A stretch of 64,000 bases of DNA from NCBI GenBank assembly GCA_051362555.1, contig CM120649.1, positions 930,001 to 994,000 on the forward strand, written 5' to 3'. Origin of the DNA: Lingula anatina. Taxonomy: Eukaryota; Animalia; Brachiopoda. Shown one piece after another: positions 23,601-37,500 of this stretch; within the stretch, counting starts at the first letter, position 1; each line of letters opens with the position of its first letter. The notes under the pieces were generated by a model that had not been told where the DNA came from, did not search any database, and saw only the letters and a program-made list of their open reading frames with translations. Position numbers and translations under genes: made by a program.

Positions 23601-24633
23601 ATCAATGCTGGTTTTGATCATAGAGTAGCATTGACGGATATATTGGTTTTCGTTTTTCGTATCATTTAACCTAAAAATGTGTTTTATTGTGTGCTATGTC
23701 TTGAACGCAGGTGTATCGTTTTTTACTTGATATATTTATTTATATTTGTTCTAGTTAAAATCTATTTCAGTTAAAAGCCTTGTAGTTTTACAGTTGTTTC
23801 TTTGCCCTTCCATTATGATTTGGAGGCCATTTTTATTAAAATAACTTGCAAAAAAGAAATAAATGATCGCACTTTGCATGGATATAAACATAAATATGCA
23901 ATGATGAACAATGGAGTGGAGCATTAAATTTTTTATTTGAATGTATGGCTCTCGCGATTCATATAACAAATTGACGGCCATCTTGAATTTTGAAAAATTA
24001 TCAATATTTCGTACGTATCAACTGGCAAATGAAGTTAAGCTTATAAGCTTCTCTAAGTTTTGTAACCCAGATGAAATAATTTCTTTTAAAAAAGCTTGCA
24101 AGATAACATAGCAAGCTTTGGCTATAGGGCTCGTCGGAGTGGCAATTGGACTCACAGGAGATGGCACTGTCTGCCACCATCTGATTAATGTCAAATAAGC
24201 AGTTTCTGAGAGTTTAGGATCATTATTAACAAATTATCATAATGGACATAAATAGAAAAGGCAGATATGTTTTTAATAAGGCTAAATTTGCAAAAAAACG
24301 AACTTATTTTGCAGCTTTTTTACTTTCTACCATGTGTTTTGACGGCCATTTTGGGTTTTTTGCTATATGTAATGGGCTTAACTGTATTCAATAGTACTGT
24401 TGTGCTCTCCTGATAGGATACACGTTCAAAAAAGCTGTCAATAAAGTTTACCCGGCGACTTCTGGTCGCTTTTCTATTTTTCCTCATAAATTGACGGCCA
24501 TATTGAAAAATGCTCAAGGTCTCGGAAATAGCAACCAAGCTAATTTTGCTTCTCTCGACCTAAAGAATGCATTTCAGCCAAAAAAGTTTACAGGAAAAAA
24601 CATTGCAGGGTTAGCGTTCTGGCTACTCGACTA
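20659..24633. mobile_element. Non-autonomous DNA transposon with ~660-bp terminal inverted repeats (Academ-like)
   Basis: ~20659-21325 is the imperfect reverse complement of ~23969-24633; termini TAGTCGAGT...ACTCGACTA; TACA on both sides (20655-58, 24634-37). TAG termini, long TIRs and a 3-4 bp TSD fit Academ (inference). Confidence 0.75.
22190..22950 (-). pseudogene. Degraded Tc1/mariner transposase nested in the long-TIR element
   Basis: Fragments VDGN..TARHYIDQILQPH..QQDKTRSHSA, then after a frameshift VLPRPVYSPDLNPIENLW; N-terminal ..LRDQFRHASRTAQE..TVRRRL; stops, frameshift and internal deletion. Confidence 0.88.
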
Positions 24634-24635
24634 TA

Positions 24636-24826
24636 CAGGGGCGGATCCAGAGATATTTTCTGACAGTCTTCCATATTATCTTTGTTTATCTGTCCTCCAT
24701 TTTTGACCGTCTTCCGTCACAAAATATTAGGTACCCGTAAACTTAAACATTGTATTAGGTACAATGTAAACTTAAAAATCTGACCGTCTTCCGGAAGACC
24801 CAGAAGACGGCCTAAATCCGCCCCTA
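24636..24826. mobile_element. MITE with CAGGGGCGGAT terminal inverted repeats
   Basis: caggggcggatcc...aaatccgcccct; inverted full-length relative at 61514-61682. Confidence 0.8.
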
Positions 24827-25516
24827 CTTTTAGTAAATTACACTATAGCATGCTAACTTATGAAAAAAATACGCAGAAAGACGCAAAAGGTCTCGAGTAC
24901 GCAGGCGGATGTCGATATACGTACGCACACGTGTCGGTAGATTATGTCTTGAACATGTAAAAAAAAATCCATACGCTTCTTATATATTCATATCGATACG
25001 GTACATAGAATGTGATCTTAAACGCATGAAGTTGTACGTTTAATCGACTTCACATTGCTTTTACTCATGTGTACTTCTTTTACACAAGGTGTAACTGAGC
25101 CACAAGTCCGAAAGCTAAAGCAACCCAATAAATGATGCTATTACACTTCATAATGACACAGGTCAAAAGGCTTACTTGAATAAACCGTCCGATTTGTCCA
25201 AGCTCAAAACACTGCGTATAAAATACATAATATTGAGTGGTCTTTGATCACATCTAGATTAAACATAATTTTCGGAATCTAAATGCACGAAACTGAAGCC
25301 AGCGACTACGTTTTTATCAATTTATCTACCTATTTATTTTTTCAAATAATAAATAACGTCTCATTCATAGTTACATACGCACCGCGACACATGGAATTAA
25401 GTTTTACGTTAAGATCTGTTATCTTAATTTTTTTTCTTTTTTTTTTTTTTTTTTGTGATCATTACTTTTCACCGTCAGCTGCCAACACACGTTCCATATA
25501 AAAAGGTTTGGCTCTT

Positions 25517-25730
25517 AGACCCCATTCCCATAGATATTTAGATCGATCTAAACCCCTGTCCAGTCACACTAGATTGGTGTAAGCTTAACCGGCTTAAATG
25601 TCTGTCCCGCCTACTAAAAGCTGTAAGGGGGTAACTAACTGTCGTGCTCGGTAGACAGCAATTTAGCGTGAACCCCCAGGGAGTTAGCTCGATCCAGATG
25701 GATCGATCTAAATCTCTGGGAATGCACTCT
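25517..25730. mobile_element. Variant of the palindromic element family
   Basis: Ends ttcccatagatatttagatcgatct / gatcgatctaaatctctgggaa; shares tgtctg..cgcctact.aagctg..ggggtaa and gcaatttagcgtgaacccc with the other copies. Confidence 0.65.
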
Positions 25731-27224
25731 TATACCCCTTTCGTACACTTGCCCTCGTCCTGGGCACTGCTGCGTTTTACCGATACAAAATTGAGATATA
25801 TTTTCATAGGGTGTCAAAATAGCGAACTGTCACGCCAACGTCGGTTGCTCTGAGATAAGGCAGTTTATGTTGTCATTTTGCATGTTTTATCTGTATTGTC
25901 GTATTTCATTTGACTTGTTAACTCCCCGTCTTCCGCATCAACCTCATCATTATCTAAATTGTGTCCACTATCAACTCCATCTTAGGAAACGAAACGCCCT
26001 GGTTATTAGACAAGTGCCTCATGAGGCGATTCTATCAAGTGCATGCGTTCGTTAAACTGGACGATTCTTCTAACAGTTGACATGTGGCTCTACTAATTTT
26101 ATTTACAAGAACTTCGCTTCCCTTAGTTCACTAAAAGAGAGCATTTTAAAGCTAAAAAGTAGGTTTTCCTTTAAGGTTAATACTGATAAACAAGAATAAC
26201 TCCCCCAGAGGAAGAAAAGGAGAAATCAAGAAAACAACATTAAAATGCTGAGCACTAAATGTAGCTCCTTATTATCAGCCATATCCTCATCAATATGCCA
26301 AGTTTATTTCACATTTTTTCTTACTCTTGACACTAAGTGTTATCTTCCTCCAGTGAAAAAGAAATCAAGTTACAAACATCTGAATGTATTAAATAATTAG
26401 TATCAGCATATTTCTAAAATCACTGCACATTTACAATCACAAATACCCAATTTGTGGCATTTAAGTCGTTTTTGGCTCAAACCATAGCATCGGCATCACA
26501 AAAGATCGCAAACATACTTCATATATGCAGCAGAGGTCTGTTGTATCTTTACGTTAAAAGAAAAACTGGTTGTTGAAAATAATTTCTTATATTACTACAC
26601 ATTATTATTATTATTTCTTTGTGTAAGGCCTGTTTTTTCTTCTCTTCCGAGACTCAGCCATGGCAGAACAATAATCATACAGATATAATAATTTACATTT
26701 TTGTCTCAAATCAACATCACTTATTATTAAGTTACAATCATATAATCTAGAGAAAAATTTACATTACTAACTTCTCCACAAAGAAGTTCAACAACAATGA
26801 GGATTTCATATTTCCCCTCGTTTTCATAATTAATCATTTAGTTGAAAAATCAATTAAACATCTGTTGGATTAATGTAATAATCTGAATAAATGCAAACTT
26901 GGATTTAAATCTTCAAACTTTTTGTACCAAGTCCTGCCATTTTCAATACTTTTTAGGGGGTGCACATCAAAAAGGGAAATAAAATATTGACCACTGGCAT
27001 TTCAAAAACTGATACAAAACTGGGAATTTCACACATCTGTCTTCACATGCACACAAGGTGGAGAGAAATCTAAACCGTTTTGAAGGACACTTTGTACATC
27101 TTTTCTATGCTGTTTTCCTAATTCTTATTTTCATAATTACTGCACTAACAGACAAATTATAAGTGACAAAGATTGGGTAACTTTCAAAATACCAGTATAA
27201 CTTACATGATGTTAACTTTTACAT

Positions 27225-27420
27225 ACAGTAGCAATTCTGACATAGCAGTACCCAAAACAGTACTGTCACTACATGAAACAGTAACAGTAATTACAATACC
27301 ATCACTGCAGATAACAGTAACAGTAATTACATGACATACCATAACTATAGTACACAGTAACAACTATTACACTGCCCTACCATCCGTTTACTGTACAAAT
27401 AACAGTAATTGCAATTTCAT
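27225..27420. repeat. Degenerate (ACAGTA)n-type low-complexity repeat
   Basis: Repeated cagtaacagtaattac motifs. Confidence 0.55.
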
Positions 27421-27529
27421 ACCTTGAGTACACTGACCAAATTAATAGAAATGACAATCCACTCAGATATGAGCATGGGTTATAAATAAATATTTTCAAA
27501 ACGCTGAACATTTATCATTGGACCATTAA

Positions 27530-27906
27530 AGATGCATACAAAGTCAATTTTTTGTCACAAAAACTAACCAAATGCCAGCATATAGTTTCAAGTAGTATAA
27601 CTAAGAGAATTACCAAAAGGCATTGTTTAATTTTACCCAAAAATGATGTTTGAACAGATTTTTCTGCTGGCATTCTAAGCTGTATGTCAATGGGGCAGGA
27701 AAGTAGGTCACGGAAGTAGGTTAAATTTACAACCAAAAATTTAAAGAAAGGAGCAGTCTAAAGGTCTTTTATGGCTGATCGAGTGATCTATTCAGTTTAT
27801 CCCTTGGCATGTTGAATTTATTTGAGTCATACAAGAATCTAGTAGAAGTGGTTTACAGGTGTTACTGGGAATCCATGCTCCACCGATGCTCGGTTCGTAT
27901 GTACCT
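27530..27906. mobile_element. TTAA-flanked non-autonomous DNA transposon (Kolobok-like MITE)
   Basis: ttaa|agatgcatac...gtatgtacct|ttaa; closely similar inverted copy at ~45946-46323. Confidence 0.78.
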
Positions 27907-28536
27907 TTAAAACAAGGGTTCTGGATCCATCTTGGGTTCCCTCAGAATTGGAATCTCGTAATTCAGTGATTTTGCAGAGAAAAAAAAAAAGAAAGTAAAG
28001 AAAGAAAAGAAAAGGAAAAGCTCATGTCAGGACAGTCTCATACTTCAGTCTGTGTCCATGTACCCCAAGAGGAATTTTCTCTCTCAGGACGCGGTTCCAT
28101 TGTCCCAGCGTCCTCACCCTCTGCAGATTTTGTTGTTGATCTAGTTGTTCTAGGCTAATGTCCCGAGCATAATCACTTCCATAGACAGATTTATGATGTG
28201 CCACATATTATTATGCAATAAACAGGGATGAGACGGACATTTAGTGAAAAAGTCTAAAAATATGGTGTGGGTCGTTAGTTGGAAAAATCACATCCCTGTA
28301 TAAATAAATAAATAAACTTGTCCAAATTATCTGGCCTCCTTTAATCCTGCTGTTCATTTTGCTTTGTTCACTTTATATTGTGTTACACGTACTCAAAATA
28401 TATCCCTTAGTGGTCCCAGTTTCCTAAACTCTGCGGATCTTGCCATTGGAAAGGAAAAAACTGTGGTCCTTGTACACAGAATTTGATACAGATATGTTAC
28501 ATACATATATATATTAATTATCACTGTATTTGTTTG

Positions 28537-31500
28537 TTATAGTCCCAGTTTCCTAGAATCAGCGGGTCCTATGGTGTTGAATTTGTGTACTAGAGAGGGG
28601 GTGCTGGGATACGACTGGAGGGGAGAGTCCGCAATGTCCTGGAAAATAATACAGATATATACACATCAGGATTTGTTTTTATCATTTCCTTTAAAATATG
28701 TTCACTCTGTAAATTTATCTGAGGCTTAAGGATTATAACAGAATTTTAAATTAATGAAATTAAAGTAAGAGGCAGATTTGTATCTGGCAAAGTAAAAACA
28801 ATTGTTTTGCAGTTATTCGTAATAACATCAAGTCTATAATTATATCCTTATTCTTCAAACAAATATAAACGATAACATTTATTACATGTACAACCATATA
28901 TTCACAAAATTAAGACCATAACCCTTAGAACAAAATCAACACATTTTCTTTAGAAGGTTTACAATTGAATTCTCTAAGAAAATGATTATTCATCAAGGTA
29001 AAATACTGAATCAGTTATCAGTTATATATTTGTTAGGTGCCCATAAATATTAATTTATCATCCCATATCACTTGTACTGTCATTAGTGTAGTTGCTTTCA
29101 AAGCAAGCACTGATCTAACATTATAAATGTGATTATGATTAGTTTTATGATATATAGATACCACATTAGTATTATACAGTACAAGTCTATTCCCTTACTG
29201 TAATAGACCAAGTGACATCACCAGCAGACCAAATTGCTGAACACGGGATTAATCATTAACGATTTTTATTTGCATAGGGTTCTCCATGTTTTAGCTATGT
29301 TGGACCACTTTAATTTAAAAAAAAAAAAAAACTTGAATTTTTAGGACTCAGAGTCCACTAAGTCTAGTTGATTGGTGCTCTTTCTTACGAACAACTGGCC
29401 CACCACTGCCAATAAAACTCAGTCCAGATAATTATTATTTGCTTGAGAGAGGGAGAGAGAGTCAGAGAGTCAGTCCAAGTCCTTTAATTTAAAATACCGA
29501 AATACACATCCATATTAAACTGGATCCAGTTATTTAACACAGGGCTTGTGGTGATATCACTAAGTCTTTTTTCAAATCCCAATTAAGTTCTGCAGTGAGA
29601 AAGTCCTATACTAGTATCCAATACGCAAGCTAGAAAAAGGCAGGAGCACTCAGTGGCATCGTCTTCAAGTGTGAAGTGTAACTGATAACATCAACATTTA
29701 AGTTACAACCAACACAATATCAGAGGTGAAATCATGATATAATTTGTGACAGAGGGTACCCATATTCCATATTTTATTTGTTTCCCCAAATCAAGATGCA
29801 TTTATAATGGAGATTCTTGCAGAAAGGAATTACAGAAATGAGTGATTGATCTTTGATGGATTTTTTTTTTCTTGATCATGCATTCAATAATTTGAATGTG
29901 CACACCTAATTAGAAGGTAACTGCAGTGTTGAAAATTTACATAAAAAGATTGATCCATCAAGAATATGAACAGTGTAACAAAACCACTGTGGTTTGGCCC
30001 AAGAAAATTAATTCTGGACTGTGTACGATCTTATACACAGCGCAGATATTTTCGATCCCATATTTCTCAATGGATCACCCTTCCATTAATGTGTCTTTTT
30101 AAATACAGAGGTGCCGTTAGTATCTGGGACACACGCACCTCAGACAAATCGTTAAGTAACTCAGCAGGTGAAGCAAGCTGAAATGTAAATAATTTATATC
30201 ATGATTTTTTTTAAAATCTAAACATTCCTTTCATACTCGGTCTGTCCTTCAATCAAAAAATGGTTCGATATAAAGCAGCAGGATAAATCAGTCCCAAAAG
30301 TAGCAGGGATAGCAGCTGCGAAAAATGGGATAAAAGCTGCCAAAACTGGTATAATAACTGCTAAAAATGGGGCAAGAGCTGCCACATGTAGGACAAAAGA
30401 TGTCAATTTGGCAAAATTTTGATAACTGGGATGATCTCATTCAGCAGGCTGGTTTCAGCAGAAGTAGCAAACATCTGGAATACGTCTTGTATACAAACAA
30501 TGATGAAGCATGCCTGGTTCAAGTCTACAGAAGATGAACTGGCAATTTCACAGTGAAATTTGTGCACTGATCAGTTCAAATGGGCCCAGCAAGTATTTCT
30601 AACTCACCACTTTAATTTTCAAACATCAGTACGTCTCCTGAAAGATGTCTCTAAATTTTACTACACAAGTTTGAAAATTTGGCACAAGGAAAATGGTTTA
30701 AAGACAGTCTCAGCGCGTTAAACCCTTAAAATAGCACGAAAATGAATTTTCCTGGAAATCTCACCAATTTCCCCATAATGACCAAGGTATATCCTATCCA
30801 AAACCGTTCAGAAAATGAAGCTACCTAATACCGTTTTTAAGTTCCATTAAATAATAAAAGACGACTCGTCTTAAATACTCAGCTACCACCTCACAGTACG
30901 GCTTCAGAACGCGCAATTTCTCGCTAAGTCTCGCGGTTTACTATGAATGAAGTACTACGGCTGAGACCCGGATGTTACTATTTGGCGCCAAAACAGCAAA
31001 CATGGCTCAGACGCGCGTCAAGTCTGAAGAGGAGAGCGACAAAAGGGGACGAAAGAAAATAGTCACTCCAGTTCGAAAGATACGAAAGAAAATTAGAGAC
31101 AGACGAAGAAGCACTCAGACTGTGTATGTTGGGAGGGAGGTGGGGCGGTGGAGGACACTTAAAGCTGAGTTAGGACTCACATATGAGGCAATGGCGAAAC
31201 TACTCCTCGACACGTGAGTATGCGCTTCACAGGTCTCAAGTGTGTCTGATTATCATATTATCCTGTTCACAATAAATGACAATATTTGTGCTCATACAAA
31301 GTTGGTTACGTGTATAAGAGCGTTTTGGGCTTTACGTTTTCCGTTTTTGATCGGTACATGTACCGAAAAGATGGACAGGCGGCACTTACATGTCTGACAA
31401 GTTTCGCTGTGTAGTCGTGACGTCTATCTCATTCTGACTGAAGCCTGCTGTGATTGGTCGTAAGCGTGGGAAAATCGAGGTCGTGACCTTGAGCCGGAAG

Positions 31501-34500
31501 TACTTCTGGCTGTGCTCCGAAATCATGATAAATAGTTTTCGTTTTCTAATTCTTTATTCTAGTTGTCTTAACAGGACTTTTGTGACTCAGACTTATTAAT
31601 ATAATAATAAACAATCTCACAAAATACAAATCTGATCAAAGTTTTACATAGAACTTGCTTCTATACATTAATCTAACCCACTGAGACTGTCTTTAAGGTA
31701 TCCAGTTTATTATTTTTGAACAAAAAAACTTAATTCCTGGAGATAAAAGTAGTTCCTCGTACTCACGTATCACTGCTCTACCTGCCCTTAAACTTGAATT
31801 CAATGCTTTACATCATTTCTAATCAAATGACCTAGTGCTCAATAAATCATTATTCATTCAAATTCAGGTACTTTTACTTTCAAGTTTCAAAAAGTACCCC
31901 AAAATTTTGTCCACAGTCCAAAACATTTATAAAATTTGCCTCACAAGCAACTGTGAAGTAGAGACAAAATGAAGAAGGGGAAAAAGTAAACACAGAAAAT
32001 CTTCCATTTTAGTAAGAAATATCTATCCTCTCTACACTAAAACAGTATGAAATAATAGAACCTATTTATAACATATATACATATCAAGCACATGCATACG
32101 TGACAGTCAACCTTTGCGACAGTGCATGCCCCTAGTAACGGAAGCCCCGCACCATGCTAACGTGGGAACATATAGCACTTACGTCCACAGACAACGTGGA
32201 GTGCGCACGTCTAAGCGTTTGGTACAAATATCCGCTGATGGAAGAAGCGGAATTATATTTGCTTTTTATCTTCTTTTTGTTGGCCATGTTTAGAGGCAAA
32301 ACATTGGGAGTCAAAAAGTCCTTGAAAAAAATAATAAATAAGCAAAAATGTAAAGCAGATCTAATGGATAACCAATGTCCGAGAAAAATGCATAATGAAT
32401 GACAGAAATCTAAAATCTGATGGAAAAAAAAAACTACAAAGGACTATAATACAAGAGTTACTAAAATATGCAAATAATAATAATAAAATATGCATATCTG
32501 GGTATGTTTGAAAAACAGCTGTAAATGCAGAGAAATCCCTTTCCGCACCACACGCCATGAACACGTGCAGCCCCCGCGAGTGAAGCACCAGCAACTGTAG
32601 CACATCAAACACACAAGCAGCAAACGAAAAGTCTGTTCAGACAGAAATATTGCAGACTTGGAGGGGAAAAAAATGCCAAACTCAAGTCACCAGGCCACAG
32701 GAGAGCAATCTGGTTGATTAGTTGCCTGTTGACTTTGGCAATTTTCCGATCCAAGCCAGTTCTTGTCTGAACTCTGCTTATTAGAAACAACACTGCACTG
32801 GGCGGCTAGTGGTGCCATCTACAGTCTAAATGTCTTACCCACGCAGAGCCAAACTTTCTGGATGACTAGAAATTAAACCACACTTTACATATGGATTCAT
32901 AAAGCATTCTAGCACTAGAGATGCGTCATATCTGACATTTATCAAATTATACCAGTTGGGATGACTGAGCATTCTAACGCAAAAATATAAATATCTCTCA
33001 AAAAGAAAAATAAATGGGGTCATAAATTAAGATTAAATAAAATATTTAATATTTATATTGATTATCATCCCCCCTTTTGGATAATAAAAAAATATATATA
33101 AAAATAAATAAATAAATGAGCCAAATAACATAATATTCCAATTTCAGTAATAATCATCACAAACAGCAAGAAGTTTCTTCAAAGCTTTCTTCATTTTTTT
33201 GTTACAAAATGCTAAAAAATTAGGACATTCTATCATCTTTTTACATATTTCATATCAAAACTCTCCTCATCAGAATTATCTAACACAGGAGCTAGAATGG
33301 CCCAAGCTTCCCAAGCGTACAGCTCTGACTTCTAAAAGCCCAGATTCCAAACTCCAGAACACAACATAAACCATCACATGCCAGAACACCAGCTGAAATA
33401 CCTACATTGAGGTCAGAGGTCGCCAGCCTCATTCCCAGTTCCTGTCTGGGCGTACACGGCATGCGTCCATCCTTGTCCTGGGCGTGGTGGTTCTCCTTTA
33501 CGAAGGGACTCATGCTGGAGAGTGCGCGCTTCAGCTTGCGTGGGGTCTTGTTGAAGGAAAATGCTCTGCTGACTCTCTTCCCAAACCTGCAGAGAAAAAT
33601 TAACATAATTATTCTTTTTCTTTTATTTTATTATTATTATTTTTTAATCTCTACTCTCACATAATGACTAATTATACAATTATGAGTAAATTTTATTTGT
33701 AGCTATCATATTCATATCTATAAATATTGGATGAGGGGGACCCTACACATATCAGGACTGTCAGAGTAACTCCCTTACTTTATGAAAATTTAAAATGAAG
33801 AGAAAAAAACAATAAATGAGTAATGACCTTTTTGGTAACTTATACAATTCCTTATACATATATTCAAAAAGAAAAAAGAAACTTTATGATGCCCACATAA
33901 CTTCTATCAGAGGAACTCTTTTCTTAAAAATTCATAATAAAGAGCAAAATAACAAATGAGCACTGACCTCTTCAGGACCTGCTTGCCAGGGTCTGAGGCA
34001 GCAATGTCCAACATTTTGGCATCCAGAGATACTAACAAACTCTCCTGCAATGAAAGAACAATACATAGCAATTAAAATATCTCTTAACATAGAACGGCTA
34101 AATTTTGAATAATAGGTATATATAATTATAATAATAGTACGGTAAGCTTTCCATTTTCTACTATGCCAACTTCTTTCATTCAGTCCCCTGAAAAACCAAA
34201 GGATCAGCAAGATTTTTGATAAGGTAGATCCTCTGAACGTTAGCGGGTGGTGCAGAAGTACAATACATGACTAACAGACCTGCGCTGTTTTGGGAGGCCC
34301 TGGAGATTTCCTGCAGAGCAGGTCTTCCGCACCTTCAGCACCTCCAAAACACCCCCCATGTGTGTGAATATGCTACTCTCTCTTTACTTACCCAGTCTGT
34401 CTTACAGGTGGTGCTAACTATATTCTTACACAGGTTTTGTAAATATACTACTCTCTCTCTACTTACCCAGTCTGTCTTACAGGTGGTGCTAGCTATACCC

Positions 34501-37500
34501 TTACACAGGGTCTGTAAGAACTCCTCCTTGCTCACACCATCTGTACACAGGGAAAAACTGTACAACTTCTCGCGGGCGTCAAGGCTGCTGCGACAGATCA
34601 GAGAGAAGACGTTCTTGCAGTCTGGAAAAAGAAAAAGAGCAAAAAAGACTTAGGAAAACTGGTAGTATTACCAAATAACTTATCTAACCATTTCAATAAT
34701 TTCAAAGGCGTTTTCATTTAGTTTTTAGCATAAGTCTGATTAAAAAGCAAACTGCTATTTTGATTTTTCTAATCAGATCTTTAGGAATCGAAAAGAAATA
34801 AACTTTGAAATTGATCCACTGAAATTGAAGGCAGTCTTCAGCCAGGATTTTGAAACAGGGAGTGTAAAATTCATTCTTTTACTGAAATATGTTGTCTACG
34901 CTCCATATGCTTCAATAATAAAATTCTTTAGTGGCCATCCAAAAATTGAAACAGTCAAAAAAAAGAAAAAAAAAAGCCAGACACTTGCCTGATTGAAGGA
35001 CAAGCCAAGTATTCACCTTTCACAAAAATAAGCATGAACCCACGTCCAGCAGAAATTGGGTTAACTGCGAATCATTATCTGCTGAACAATGAACGAAAGA
35101 CTGAAGGACAAAAGGGGCTGCTAACTCACCTTCTCCCTCCGTAATGTCAGCCACGCGTTTCACGGAGGCCAATGGCAGCATCTCTATGTGCTTGTACGGC
35201 TTCTGCGGCGTCTTGGAGGGCGCCGGGCTCTTGAAGTTGCCAGCTCTCCGCCTTCTGCATATCTGAACATGAAATACATAAAAACTAATATGAAATTGGG
35301 GGGAAAATGAAAGATAATTCTCTTTAAACATGAGGAAGTATTGCAGTCTCTATACACAGACTAACGTGATTTCAAAGGTGCAAATCAAAGTTTGTCAGGT
35401 GATAAATCATTTTTGTTGCCATATTCACACTATTATATTTACTTATGTAACCCTTATGTAATAAAATAATGATAAGAAATGAATAGCTGTTGAAATAAGC
35501 TATTTATTGATGTGCAACAAGTTGGTACATCTTGGTCAGTTCCAGGCACCCCTCCGTCTTTATCCTCAAATCATTTTGAAGATGACTACAAATTAAGCCT
35601 CACCTCTAGACTGTCAGAGAAGAGATACAGCGTGAGAGCGTCTCCCTTGCCCCTAAGCTCTGTGGAAAGGTCTATCACATCTACCTTGGTGATGTAACTC
35701 CTGTGGGATGACAGTAGGTTTGGCTGGAGAGAAAATTAATTAATTAATTAATCAATTAAAACATTAAGATTAAATGGGTTCTCATCATGTAAAATTCAAT
35801 GAAACTCCTGCAAGACAGAGGCAGGAATTTGTGGAGGGAATATAAATAAATTAATAAATATATTTAAATTTAAGTAGGTTCTGATCTGGTCAAAAAGTAC
35901 AAGCCATTGCTACTCCTGTGAGACAAAAGCTGACTTGGATGAAAGGAAACTAAATTAATGCAATATCTAATTATATAGAAATTCAACTTTACTAGTAATT
36001 TAATACTAAAAATTTGTCACTTACCGGGCAGTTTTCTATATCATTGACTACTTCAAACATGGCCACCTGACCTTCTGTTTTTCTTTTATCTTCATTGATA
36101 TGTCTGGAGGAAAGAAAAAATAAATAAATATATCCCAAAATGAAATATTGTGTATAACAAACATGCATTTCACGGACTGCGCTGATCAAATTTATTCTCA
36201 ATCTGAATGTCATAAACATGTTGTGATTTACTTCCACTTAAAGAAAGTAAAATATAAAAGTATAACCACTTCTACAAATATTTCATCATAACAGAGACTG
36301 AATTGGCTCTGGCTTAATTAACCTACTACAATATTCTTGGTCACATGTAAAAAAACTTACTTTAAAACTTCATTAAGAGCATTAACAGCTTTTTCAAGAG
36401 CTGCGTAGTCGCTGAAGTTCTTGTTGGTATGCTTCTTTATATCTGTAATAAAAAGTAGAAACTTGAAATGAACAAAGTATGCTCTTCTTATCTCTCTTAA
36501 AAAATCCAAAACGGCTTTACAGGTTTCTGGGTTTGTAGGTTTGCAGATGTATGGGTTAATTGCAATGTCACATCTAGCAGTATGTGGACCATATCAGGAT
36601 TTGAATTTATCTACATATTTGTTTTAGAACTAACAGCACTCGCATCCGATGATGCTCAGATTTATCCGTTTCTATCCTTGGGCCCGAGTGAACTTTACGA
36701 CAGAACTTAGAAATGGGTTATCGACAGTTTCCTGAAACACCATTTGAAAATTACTAAATGTTCTCGTTAGAGAGATAGTTCTGTCGTTAGTTTTTCTAAT
36801 TGTAACTAATGACAACTTCCTGAAACTGGCCCCTGTATTTATGGATCAAAGAAATATTGTTATGTTACTAGTTTTATCTGTACAAACAATGTTGCCAACA
36901 TGGCTAAGCTCTAGCCTTACCATTCAGCAGTAGAACCACACTGGGTAACCTCTGAACAGGTCTGATCAGCAGTTCCTTTAACGTCTGCCTGCAGCACTCT
37001 GGTTTGTTTTTGCAGACCTGGATGAATCAAGCACATAAGTTGGTCAATAATAATTATATGTCTAGATCTTTATATCTATTGATAGATCAAGCAGGTTGTT
37101 AAAACTGATTATCCTGAAAATGTAGCTTGGGACCAGGGGCGGATCACCCATGAATATATCTATATAAAGAATCAATGCTATTGCATTGATACTGCTAGGT
37201 GGTGCTCATGTTCATAACATCATTAATCTGTAAACATGATTTAGCAAATATCAGTATTGCTGCTTGCTAAAAAAATAATTAAAATAAAATAAAGTAAATA
37301 AACAAATCATATTAAAAATAATGAAACCTACCATCAGAAAAGCATGGAATCTTGTGTTGGTCCTGTCACATTCTTCAATAGTTGCCTTGGTTTGCTCGAA
37401 GAAGTTGACAAATGGTGGATAGGCTTTCGTTAGCTCACTGGCCTAAGTAAGAAGAAAAGAGGACAGATGAAAAATTGGCCTTATTTACCAAGGAAATACT

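Noticed and set aside
20623-24706. ORF pairs 20728/24320 and 20623/24491 as duplicated genes
   Set aside because: They are chance translations of the two arms of a transposon TIR.
28022-28204. 60-aa - strand ORF as a further ECT2 exon
   Set aside because: Lies after the ECT2 stop, has no suitable acceptor and no homology; likely 3' UTR.
32361-32612. ORF with a possible acceptor (ctacag) as an ECT2 terminal exon
   Set aside because: The peptide degenerates into AT-rich hydrophobic sequence with no donor or homology.
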